Shown: piece by piece, positions 9,232 through 17,633 of the stretch
Numbering within the stretch: position 1 is the first letter of the stretch
Layout of the letters: the number at the start of each line of letters is the position of its first letter
Source of the DNA: Myxococcota bacterium
GTDB lineage: Bacteria > Myxococcota_A > Polyangia > HGW-17
Assembly: GCA_018817795.1 (NCBI GenBank)
Contig: JAHITJ010000184.1
Location: forward strand, 8,423-72,422
Direction: 5' to 3'
Length of the DNA: 64,000 nt
Made by a program: the position numbers and the translations under genes
Notes under the pieces: model-generated
Databases searched by the model: none
Told to the model about the DNA's origin: nothing
The model's input: the letters and a program-made list of their open reading frames with translations, nothing else

Positions 9232-10901
9232 AAACACCTTCCGTTGCCAACCAGTACGCAGCCATAGGCTTGAACTCGGTCGGACGCTGCCTGTCCATGA
9301 TGGATCGCAATCCGCTCTCACCCACGTACGGCTGCGCCAACCGCGAATACTGGCTGGCGCGCAGCACGGACTTCCCTTCGGCCATCGCCCAGTATGGGAT
9401 CCTCCCGATGGCCCTGGCGTATTCTGAGCCATTTGAAAACAATATTTACTACAAACAGCCGAAGATCGCAGCGTGGGTGGCTGCTGGGATGTCTTACCTG
9501 TCTTCGATCCAGCACAAGGATGGATCTTTCGATGAATTCTATCCTAATGAGCGTGGCTGGGCCGGTCCAACAGGATTTTTGCTCCATGCAATGGTGGCCG
9601 GCTGGAAAGCAGTGGCTCCGCTGCTGGATGTACAGGACAAGGAGCGAATCAGCACCACAATGCTGCGGGCAGCGAAGTTTCTTGCTTCCAACGACGAGGT
9701 CGGTGTGTTGGCGAACCACCACGCGATGGCTCTTCTTCCCATCGCCGAGACCATGGAGTTGTTCAAGGCATATCATCTTGAACCGCTCTACGAGGAACGG
9801 AAAAAGGTATTTTTGGATGTATGCTATGATGAGGGATGGTGCCTGGAATATGACGGGGTAGACCCGGGGTATCTCAGCGCGACGGTGACGTTCCTGGCGC
9901 GACTGGATCAGGCCCGTCCAGATCCGGTCCTCCTTGACGTGGCCAAGAAAGCCATCGACTTCACAAAATACTTCGTATATCCCGACGGACACTACGGCGG
10001 CACGCTTGGGAGTCGTGAGACATTTCATTTTTATAGTCATGGTTACGAGGTTTTGGGACACGAGAATCCGATGGCCCTGGCCCAGGCCGATTTCATGCTG
10101 AAATCCTATGCCGCTGGCAAGAGTGTGACGCCGCACTTGCAGAGTGATCGCTATTTTGTATATCGGATACCGGAATTCCTTTTCTCTGCCCGTGACGCCG
10201 CCCCCCGTCCTGAAGTTCTTCCAGCTCTGCCTTGGCAGGAAAATAACAATCAGCAATTCCTGTTTCCGGAAGCTGGAATCTGGGGCGGCCGGCGTGGTAA
10301 TTATTACGCCATCGCTAATCTCGCGCGAGGTGGCGTGTTCAAGTGCTTCCGCCTCAACGACAATGGGGAAGAAGGTGGCATCCCGCTCGCATCGGATTGC
10401 TCCATGTCGGGAATCATGCCCGACGGCACCGTATTCACGACCGCCTGGTGCGATCCGGACCGTAACTTCGAAGCCCATGGGGTGGAGGCCAACGTCCATG
10501 CCCGGGGTCTGGAACTGCACACCCAGACTTTCGATCCTCTCAAGATGACCGTTTTTCGTGCCGGTATGCTTGCGTTAGGCTGGCATCAAAAATCTGCCTA
10601 TCATCTCAAGGGCTTGATCCGCAAGGTGTTGATGTTGAGAAACACCACCGTTCCCGTGCAGTTGCATCGCCATATGAAGCTCTCCCCAGAAGGTTTCGTG
10701 GTCACCGACCGCATCACCGTTGCCAAGGGAACCCGGCTGCAGCGCCTGATCCTCGGAGAAGAACTTCCGGTACGCTATGTGCCGCAGTCGCGCTACTTCC
10801 AGCCGCTGGAGCTCCAGGTTTCCGGCCGGGAACTCACGCCCTCGGAGCTCGACCAACTCAAAGGGCAGGGAGAGATCACCTTCCAGCGGGTTCTCTCCTA
10901 G
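9228..10901 (+). CDS. Uncharacterised 557-aa protein; possible alpha/alpha-toroid N-half plus beta-rich C-half (polysaccharide-lyase-like architecture; function unknown)
   Basis: Long ORF with the local codon bias. Its ATG overlaps the rimI stop (ATGA at 9228-9231). The N-half has helix-rich segments and a Q-x-x-DGSF-type motif (IQHKDGSFDEFYP). The C-half is beta-like. I recognise no signal peptide. Confidence 0.6.
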   Translation: MKTPSVANQYAAIGLNSVGRCLSMMDRNPLSPTYGCANREYWLARSTDFPSAIAQYGILPMALAYSEPFENNIYYKQPKIAAWVAAGMSYLSSIQHKDGSFDEFYPNERGWAGPTGFLLHAMVAGWKAVAPLLDVQDKERISTTMLRAAKFLASNDEVGVLANHHAMALLPIAETMELFKAYHLEPLYEERKKVFLDVCYDEGWCLEYDGVDPGYLSATVTFLARLDQARPDPVLLDVAKKAIDFTKYFVYPDGHYGGTLGSRETFHFYSHGYEVLGHENPMALAQADFMLKSYAAGKSVTPHLQSDRYFVYRIPEFLFSARDAAPRPEVLPALPWQENNNQQFLFPEAGIWGGRRGNYYAIANLARGGVFKCFRLNDNGEEGGIPLASDCSMSGIMPDGTVFTTAWCDPDRNFEAHGVEANVHARGLELHTQTFDPLKMTVFRAGMLALGWHQKSAYHLKGLIRKVLMLRNTTVPVQLHRHMKLSPEGFVVTDRITVAKGTRLQRLILGEELPVRYVPQSRYFQPLELQVSGRELTPSELDQLKGQGEITFQRVLS

Positions 10902-10953
10902 AAACATCCCTTGTTTTTTAAAACATTTCTACGTTTAGAAATAACTTAATAGA

Positions 10954-12714
10954 TTAATTTTGGGCCTGGCAGTCAGGGTCCGAAGCATCAAGGCGTCCAT
11001 CGACGTCATTGTCGAGGCCGTCGTTGCAGTCGGTCTCAATCAGTTGGTAGCTCGCGCAGGTGGCCGTGATGCGGAATCCTTCGGTCGGGGCGGTGCGCCT
11101 GGAGACGATCAACTGCGCGCCGCGGGATGGGTAGTTCCATGGATTGGACACCGGATCACAGCCCTGCTCGATGGAGCCTTCGGGGCAAGGTATGGCGCAG
11201 TTGGCGTTGAACGCCACGTGCCAGCAGGCTTCTACAGGCAGGTTTGCATCCACAACCGCCGGATGGCCACCTTCATAACCGGGGTCGCAGGCCGGAACCG
11301 GATTTGTCTGGTTGTCCTGCTCGACCCGCGCCACGGTGCAGTTGGGCGAGCACGACGCGGCGACTTCCAGGGGGAGGGCCGTGAAGGGTTCTCCTCCGAA
11401 TGCATAGGAGGGATCCATGCACCCGGCTACCACCGTGCTGAGGCATTGAGTCCCCACCACGGTGGCCAGACGGTGGCCAAGACCGACGAGGGCCGGCGTG
11501 AAATCAGGATCACAGATGGAGGTTCTGGCCCACTCCGGTGTGGAATCGTAGAAGGAGTCGATGAACTCCAGAAGACGCACGGCAGGTGCTCCGAATTGGT
11601 TATTAGTGCTGCAGACGTTTTGAACTTCAGGATTCTGCATGGTGTCCGACACCACGGTCAGGGTTCCGTCGGTCAGACCCGCCACGGCTGTGGCGATGAC
11701 CTTGCTGGGATTTTTGAGTGTGGACATAAGGCTGGTGTAGCGCTCCAGCGGATACAGCATGCGTTGTGGATCGCCGTCGGGACGGGACACGCAGTTGGTG
11801 TAGGTCGCCAAACCAGTTGGCATGAACCGATTCCACTCGGCGTCACAGGTGATGCCGAACTCCGTGCAGCGGAACGAATTCATAGGACCCAGCGGTGAGG
11901 CAACATCTCCGTCGGGATTGAACAGTTCGGTGTTCTCGACCGAACAGTCGTCCTCATCGGTGATGAACACGACGGCCAGGTAGGCATCGCTGCGCAGGAA
12001 GCCCAGGTTGTGCGGCGAGGTGGAGGTCAGAGCCCGGTGGAGAGCCTCCAGCGGCTGCTCGAAACCGCAGCCCGAAGAGCCCACGTCTGCCACGCACGCG
12101 AACACCTCCTCGAGGGTCTCGTCAGCGTAGTTTCGGCAACGCGGACATCCGTTGTCATCGACAGCAAGGGTCAGCCCATCGGGCTCGAAAAATCCGCCCT
12201 GACCGTCGGAAAAGGCGTCGTGGTCACAATGAATCTGGGTGCAGTCATGGGCCGGACAGGAGGTCCGGGAACCGATACTGACCTTGTCGATGGTGCATCC
12301 TCGAGGTTCAATATCAATCAAAAAACGGTGCTGTGACGGATTGGCACAGTTGTTTTCATGGCCCTTCTGGAAGATCCCTTCCTGTCCGAACTCCGTACAA
12401 CCGGGAATAACGTATTGGGCCGCGCCCAGGTCCGGCGTGATCACCCCCAGATGCAGGTTCGGCAGGCCGCCGGTGATGCTCTTCAGTTCTTCGATCAACT
12501 GCGGAAAATTCTGCCGCAGAAGCACCTGCTCGTCCATCATCGACAGCGAGGTATCGATCACAAAGATCAAATCCACATCACGCATGGGTTCCTGTGCCGT
12601 CATGGGAAACGGTTCGGGCAGAATGATGTTCCCGGATTCGCCGGGCAAATCACAGGCGGTGGTCATGACCAGCAGGAGCAGCAGGGTTAACGGGATGGAA
12701 ATGCGTTGTCTCAT
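10954..12714 (-). CDS. Secreted lipoprotein with an N-terminal VWA-like domain and a C-terminal Asp/Cys-rich module
   Basis: Signal peptide plus lipobox (LLLLVMTTAC). MIDAS-like DxSxS motif (VIDTSLSMMDEQ). Many paired cysteines. The C-terminus ETDCNDGLDNDVDGRLDASDPDC matches the repeats of the S1 protease at 40261-41005. Confidence 0.75.
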   Translation of the reverse strand: MRQRISIPLTLLLLLVMTTACDLPGESGNIILPEPFPMTAQEPMRDVDLIFVIDTSLSMMDEQVLLRQNFPQLIEELKSITGGLPNLHLGVITPDLGAAQYVIPGCTEFGQEGIFQKGHENNCANPSQHRFLIDIEPRGCTIDKVSIGSRTSCPAHDCTQIHCDHDAFSDGQGGFFEPDGLTLAVDDNGCPRCRNYADETLEEVFACVADVGSSGCGFEQPLEALHRALTSTSPHNLGFLRSDAYLAVVFITDEDDCSVENTELFNPDGDVASPLGPMNSFRCTEFGITCDAEWNRFMPTGLATYTNCVSRPDGDPQRMLYPLERYTSLMSTLKNPSKVIATAVAGLTDGTLTVVSDTMQNPEVQNVCSTNNQFGAPAVRLLEFIDSFYDSTPEWARTSICDPDFTPALVGLGHRLATVVGTQCLSTVVAGCMDPSYAFGGEPFTALPLEVAASCSPNCTVARVEQDNQTNPVPACDPGYEGGHPAVVDANLPVEACWHVAFNANCAIPCPEGSIEQGCDPVSNPWNYPSRGAQLIVSRRTAPTEGFRITATCASYQLIETDCNDGLDNDVDGRLDASDPDCQAQN

Positions 12715-12971
12715 GGCGTCCTCCTGAATAATTACAATGTATAAACATAATGCAACAATATATCACCAGGAAAAGTTGGATCGATGAAAAACCGAATTAC
12801 TTCATCATGTCCCACGCTCCTTTCCCGATGACGGTCACCCTGTCTTCGGAACCCTGAATCATTGACTTGTCAACAGCAAAAAAACTGTTCGCGAAAATAG
12901 CGTGAATCCAATTCCCCGAACGATCGAATTTTCATCACACCCTATTTTTTTACCGTGAAAATTTGTCCCTG

Positions 12972-13018
12972 TCAACCAGAATTTTTTACTTTTTTCCGGC
13001 CCTCAATGATCTGGTTGA
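12972..13018. promoter_or_regulatory. 9-bp perfect inverted repeat in a divergent promoter region
   Basis: TCAACCAGA (12972-80) ... 29 nt ... TCTGGTTGA (13010-18), about 50 nt upstream of the ATG at 13067. Nearby are AATTTTCA/TGAAAATT (12927-34 / 12956-63) and TTGAC-tt-GTCAA (12862-73). Confidence 0.35.
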
Positions 13019-13066
13019 TGAAACCTCGTGAACCTGCTAAAACGGCTTGGAATCGAGGTTTTACAC

Positions 13067-14608
13067 ATGCCGCGAATTCAGATCCCGGATCGACAGGAAC
13101 TGGTCTTTTCCATTGAGGAAACTTTGCGCGCCGAGTTCGGGCAGGTTCAGTTTTACATCGGGAAAACACCCGGTGAGCCCGCCGATCTGACACTTGAATT
13201 GGATCCGAATCATCCGGCGTCGTCCCAGTCGATGTCCCTGAAGTTGTCCGGGGGATGGAGGGACGCCGCGATGTACTCCCTGCCCACCCAGTGGGCCGCC
13301 CTCAAGGACGACCTGCGCCGCCGCCTCGATGGTCTGGACGCGCGCCGGGTCGACGCCGGGAGTTCCTCGGAACTGCCGGCGCTGGGTGACGAACTGTTCA
13401 CGCTCGGAGGCATCCCGGTGCCGCGCGAGCCTGCCTTCACCGAGCCACACGAGGTGATTGAGGACCCTGAGGATCATTCGGTGCAGAACACGCTCGATCC
13501 GATGCCGGAGCCTTACGGGGAGTTGCCACTGCCCGATGACATGTTCTCACTGGGCACCTCCGAGCGCCGGTTACAGGCTGTTGGGACCTCAGGTCACGCA
13601 GAACAGGTCACGGCGCCGGGCATCCTGCGGCGCAACACCATCGAGGCGCCGGCGGACTCGATCCAGCCGGTCATTGATGACCAGAAGGCTCGGGGCCTCG
13701 CCATGTCAAGTGCGCCGTTTGACGGCAACATGGCGCAGCATTTGCTCCGTCTGCATACCACGGGGTTCTCCGGCGCGCTGGAGATTTCCCTGCCGCAGTT
13801 CACCGTGCGCATGTCCTGGGAGAACGGCCGGGTGGGTGATCTTGAAGGCTATGCGCCGATCCTGCAGCACCTGTTACAACTCTCAGGGGCAGGCTCGGCC
13901 TTCGCCGGGGATCTGACGCGTACGCTCTCGGACCCCATCGAGTGGGCGGTACGGCGGCAACTGATCTCCTCCGAAGAAGAGACCAAGTGGCTACTGCGTT
14001 GCCGGCGCGAGGCGATCCGGCTGGCGATCACCGCCACCCGGTGTCCCGTACCCGCCGAAGGGCTGGACTTCCGGCGGCACCTGCCGCTTCTGGATCCCAA
14101 ACCGCTGCTGTTCTGTGGCGTGGTGGAACATTTCGGCGCGGACCTGGCCTGCGCGCTGTGCGATTGCACGCCACCTGCCGACACTTCCGTACAGTGGATT
14201 CCCCTCTTCGACGACGCGGACTTCGATCCACTATGGGTTCGTGCGCTGCATCTGCTCGCCAGCGGCACGCCCTGGGCCGAGGCCTGCATCCGGTCCGGTC
14301 TCTCCGTGGCCGAGTCCTGGACGCTCGCCTACGCCTGCCGGTTGTTCCAGTTATGTGAGCCGACCCTGCCCGCATCGCTCCCGGCTGCCGAAATTCTGCG
14401 CCGTCGCTTCCGAACGCTCGAGGAGAACCTCAGGACGCAATCGTCGGACCAGTTTTTCGGGGACAACGCAGCCTCCGCGCGCCGGGTGCACCAGGAAATT
14501 CTCATACAGTTGGCCTCGTTTCCGGTACCCTTGCGGATCCTGCTCGCCCAGGACATCGAGAAGTTGAAAAAAAGCATGGACAAGTCGATGTCCCTTCTGT
14601 CATTGTAG
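13067..14608 (+). CDS. Hypothetical protein with a DUF4388/PATAN-like central segment
   Basis: ORF 13028..14608. I prefer the ATG at 13067 because GAGG lies 8 nt upstream. The segment NMAQHLLRLHTTGFSGALEISLPQFTVRMSWENGRV resembles the DUF4388 signature. The remainder is unrecognised. Confidence 0.6.
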   Translation: MPRIQIPDRQELVFSIEETLRAEFGQVQFYIGKTPGEPADLTLELDPNHPASSQSMSLKLSGGWRDAAMYSLPTQWAALKDDLRRRLDGLDARRVDAGSSSELPALGDELFTLGGIPVPREPAFTEPHEVIEDPEDHSVQNTLDPMPEPYGELPLPDDMFSLGTSERRLQAVGTSGHAEQVTAPGILRRNTIEAPADSIQPVIDDQKARGLAMSSAPFDGNMAQHLLRLHTTGFSGALEISLPQFTVRMSWENGRVGDLEGYAPILQHLLQLSGAGSAFAGDLTRTLSDPIEWAVRRQLISSEEETKWLLRCRREAIRLAITATRCPVPAEGLDFRRHLPLLDPKPLLFCGVVEHFGADLACALCDCTPPADTSVQWIPLFDDADFDPLWVRALHLLASGTPWAEACIRSGLSVAESWTLAYACRLFQLCEPTLPASLPAAEILRRRFRTLEENLRTQSSDQFFGDNAASARRVHQEILIQLASFPVPLRILLAQDIEKLKKSMDKSMSLLSL

Positions 14609-14657
14609 CTGAACTTTCGGGTCCTGGAAGCGGCCCGCAACCCTGAGGTTCGGTCCT

Positions 14658-15593
14658 TTGCGCATCGTCTTTTTCGGCTCTCCGGATTTTGCCCTTCCCG
14701 CGCTGGGAACGCTGCACGGTTCGCACGAACTCGTGCTGGTGGTAACCCAGCCGGAACGTCCCTGCGGGCGTGGCCAGAAGTGTCTGCCTACACCCGTGGA
14801 GATCCGTGCCCGCGAACTCGGACTGCAGGTGATCACCCCCCGGGCCGTGCGAACGGAAGCCTTTGCGCGAAAGATTAGTGAACTGAAGGCCGACTACCTC
14901 GTCGTGGTCGCCTATGGCCGCATCCTTCCGGCGGCTGTTCTGGGGGCGGCCAGGCATGGCGCGCTGAACATCCATCCGTCGCTTCTGCCCCGCTGGAGGG
15001 GACCTGCACCCGTGCCCTGGACGTTGTATCACGGAGAAAAAACCACGGGTGTCACCATCATGCAGATGAACGAGGAGATGGACGAAGGTGACATCATTCG
15101 GCAGGTGTCCACGACGGTCTCCCCCGACGAGAACGCCGACAGCCTGCTGTGCCGGCTCGCCATCGAGGGCGCCCGGGTGCTTGGCGACGTGCTGGCCGAA
15201 GAGGCCGCATCCGGTGAGCCGCTGCACCGGGTGCCACAGGACAACTCCCTGTCCACGCGCGCGCCGCTGCTGACCACGGAGATGGCTTTGATTGACTGGA
15301 GAAAACCCGCCGCGGAAGTGGCCTCGCATATGCGGGCCTTTGATTCGCGGCCTGGGGCATACGCCTACCTTGGCGATGCGAGGATCAAGTTCTTTTCACC
15401 CTGTGTGATTTTGGCGACCGCCCCGGCGGGAACCGTGCTGGGACTCACCACCGGCGGACTGGCCGTTGCCTGCGGACAGGACGCGGTGGTCACTGGAGAA
15501 ATGCAATGGCCCGGAGGAAAACGCATGCCGGCGCGAAACGTGCTGGCCGGACACCCGATACCGGAAAAGACGGTACTACGAGGAAGAGAATGA
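14658..15593 (+). CDS. fmt: Methionyl-tRNA formyltransferase
   Basis: N-terminus MRIVFFGSPDFALPAL (TTG start), motif HPSLLPRWRGPAPV, and a C-terminal Fmt domain; 311 aa. Confidence 0.9.
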   Translation: MRIVFFGSPDFALPALGTLHGSHELVLVVTQPERPCGRGQKCLPTPVEIRARELGLQVITPRAVRTEAFARKISELKADYLVVVAYGRILPAAVLGAARHGALNIHPSLLPRWRGPAPVPWTLYHGEKTTGVTIMQMNEEMDEGDIIRQVSTTVSPDENADSLLCRLAIEGARVLGDVLAEEAASGEPLHRVPQDNSLSTRAPLLTTEMALIDWRKPAAEVASHMRAFDSRPGAYAYLGDARIKFFSPCVILATAPAGTVLGLTTGGLAVACGQDAVVTGEMQWPGGKRMPARNVLAGHPIPEKTVLRGRE

Positions 15594-16939
15594 ATCTTTC
15601 AGACGAACCACGCCTGCTGGCCCAGGAAGTGCTGGCCCGGGTGGAGCGACACAATGCCTACGCCTCGATTGCGTTCGACGCGGTCGCCATGAGCGGCAAC
15701 CTCTCACGAGAAGTAAGGGCATTAAGTAAAGAAATATTATTTGGCGTGCTGCGTCACCGCACCCGACTGGAGCGCGCGGTCTCCGAGTTCGCCAACTCCT
15801 CGCTGGATCACTGCCATCCCTTTGTGCGACGCCAACTACTGATCGGCGCCTATCAGATCCTGTTCATGCAGAACATCCCGCATGCGATTGCAGTGGACCG
15901 TGCGGTGGAACTGACGCGCCTTCACGTGGGCACCACGCCTTCGGGTTTTGTCAACGCGGTGCTGCGCAAGCTCGCACATCAGGGCGAGCCGCCGTTCTCG
16001 ACCACGGACGACCGCTTCACACGCATGGGAGTCGTTCACTCCTTCGCCCCCTGGATGGTTCAGGCGGCTGTGGACACCGTTGGTATCGACGAGGCCGACG
16101 GGCTGCTCGAGTCGCTCAACCAGCGGGCCCGCACGATCCTGCGCACCAACGTGATCCGCACCGATCGCGAAGCCCTGATGGAGAAACTGCACCAGCAGTT
16201 CCCTGACGCCGCGATCGCACCCACGCGGTTTTCTCCTGTCGGCGTCGAGGTGCAGGGCCTGCCCGATCCGATCCGCCAGGACCTGCATCGCGAGGGCTGG
16301 TACCTCGTCCAGGACGAGGGTTCCCAGTTGGTCGTGTTCTTTGTGGATCCGAAGCCTGGGCAACGCATCCTCGACGCCTGCGCCGGCACCGGCGGCAAGT
16401 CGCTGCACATGGCCGCCCGGCTGAACAACGAGGCTTCGATCCTGGCCGTGGACCTGAAGGCCTCGAAGATGGACGCCCTCTCCCAGAGGGCCCGCCGCGC
16501 CGGCATCACCTGCATCTCGACGACCACCATGAACCTGATCAAGGAGCAGCCCGAAGGCGTCTTCGATGTGATCCTGCTGGACGCGCCCTGCTCCGGGCTC
16601 GGTGTGCTGCGCCGGCATCCCGAGGCCAAGTGGCGGCTCACCCAGGAGGAGGCCCGATCCATGGCCAAGAAGCAGACCCAGTTGCTCGAGGCCATGGCCT
16701 CCCGGGTCGCGCCCGGCGGCATGCTGGCCTATGTGGTCTGCACGTTCTGGCCTCCGGAGACCACTGAACGGGTCGCCCATTTTCTGTCGATGCATCCGGA
16801 GTTTGAGCGCATGCCGGCGCCGCAGGCACCGGGGATTCCCTGGTCCGAGTGTACCAACGCCCATGGTGATCTGGTGCTGCTCCCCAACCGCCACAACACC
16901 GACGGTTTTTACGTCGCGCGACTGAAAAAACAGGGGTAA
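15590..16939 (+). CDS. rsmB: 16S rRNA (cytosine967-C5)-methyltransferase RsmB/Sun
   Basis: NusB-like N-domain, SAM motif DACAGTGGKS, and catalytic motifs DAPCSGLGVLRRHPE and YVVCTF. I chose the start at the ATGA overlap with the fmt stop (15590) rather than the ORF-track start at 15506. Confidence 0.9.
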   Translation: MNLSDEPRLLAQEVLARVERHNAYASIAFDAVAMSGNLSREVRALSKEILFGVLRHRTRLERAVSEFANSSLDHCHPFVRRQLLIGAYQILFMQNIPHAIAVDRAVELTRLHVGTTPSGFVNAVLRKLAHQGEPPFSTTDDRFTRMGVVHSFAPWMVQAAVDTVGIDEADGLLESLNQRARTILRTNVIRTDREALMEKLHQQFPDAAIAPTRFSPVGVEVQGLPDPIRQDLHREGWYLVQDEGSQLVVFFVDPKPGQRILDACAGTGGKSLHMAARLNNEASILAVDLKASKMDALSQRARRAGITCISTTTMNLIKEQPEGVFDVILLDAPCSGLGVLRRHPEAKWRLTQEEARSMAKKQTQLLEAMASRVAPGGMLAYVVCTFWPPETTERVAHFLSMHPEFERMPAPQAPGIPWSECTNAHGDLVLLPNRHNTDGFYVARLKKQG

Positions 16940-16943
16940 AGCC

Positions 16944-17588
16944 ATGCACGTGCAAGTAGCTCCCTCCCTGCTGAGCGCCGACATCCTGCACCTGGATCGC
17001 GAGATCGAATCCATTCGAGGCTGCGACTGGCTTCACATCGACGTGATGGACGGGGATTTCGTGCCGAACATCACGTTCGGACCGGGCCTGGTCCGCGCGC
17101 TGTCGAAGGTCGGCATCCCGCAGGACGTGCACCTGATGATCTCGCAGCCGGCCCGCCACATCGACGCCTTCATCGACGCGGGTGCCACCATCGTCACGAT
17201 TCATGCCGAGGCCGACGTTCACCTGCACCGCACGCTCTCCCACCTGAAGAAGCGCGGCGTGAAGGCCGGCGTCGCCCTCAATCCGTCCACACCTGTGTCG
17301 GTCCTCGAACATGTCTGGGAGGTGCTGGACCTGGTGTTGATCATGACCGTCAACCCCGGCTTCGGCGGTCAGGCGTTCATCCCCGGCGGGCTGACCAAGA
17401 TCGCCCAATGTCGACAGATCCTCGATGGGGGTGGCCGTACCGACGTGCTGCTCGAGGTCGACGGTGGTGTGGACCTGACCACGGCTCCGCACGTCGTGGC
17501 TGCCGGTGCGAACCTGCTGGTGTCGGGCTCGGCCCTGTTCTCGGCGCCGGATCGCGCCGCGTTCATCCACCATTTGCAGGGCCTGTAG
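16944..17588 (+). CDS. rpe: Ribulose-phosphate 3-epimerase
   Basis: APSLLSADILHLDREI, HIDVMDGDFVPNITFGP and MTVNPGFGGQAF motifs; 214 aa. Confidence 0.92.
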   Translation: MHVQVAPSLLSADILHLDREIESIRGCDWLHIDVMDGDFVPNITFGPGLVRALSKVGIPQDVHLMISQPARHIDAFIDAGATIVTIHAEADVHLHRTLSHLKKRGVKAGVALNPSTPVSVLEHVWEVLDLVLIMTVNPGFGGQAFIPGGLTKIAQCRQILDGGGRTDVLLEVDGGVDLTTAPHVVAAGANLLVSGSALFSAPDRAAFIHHLQGL

Positions 17589-17633
17589 CCGCGTCTCTTC
17601 AAGTCATTTCGTGATTAAAAAGTTGTAGAATCT

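Noticed and set aside
10925-10942. ATTTCTA-cgtt-TAGAAAT hairpin between convergent genes as a bidirectional terminator
   Set aside because: The 7-bp stem is entirely AT with no flanking U-tract, so its predicted stability is too low to call a terminator.
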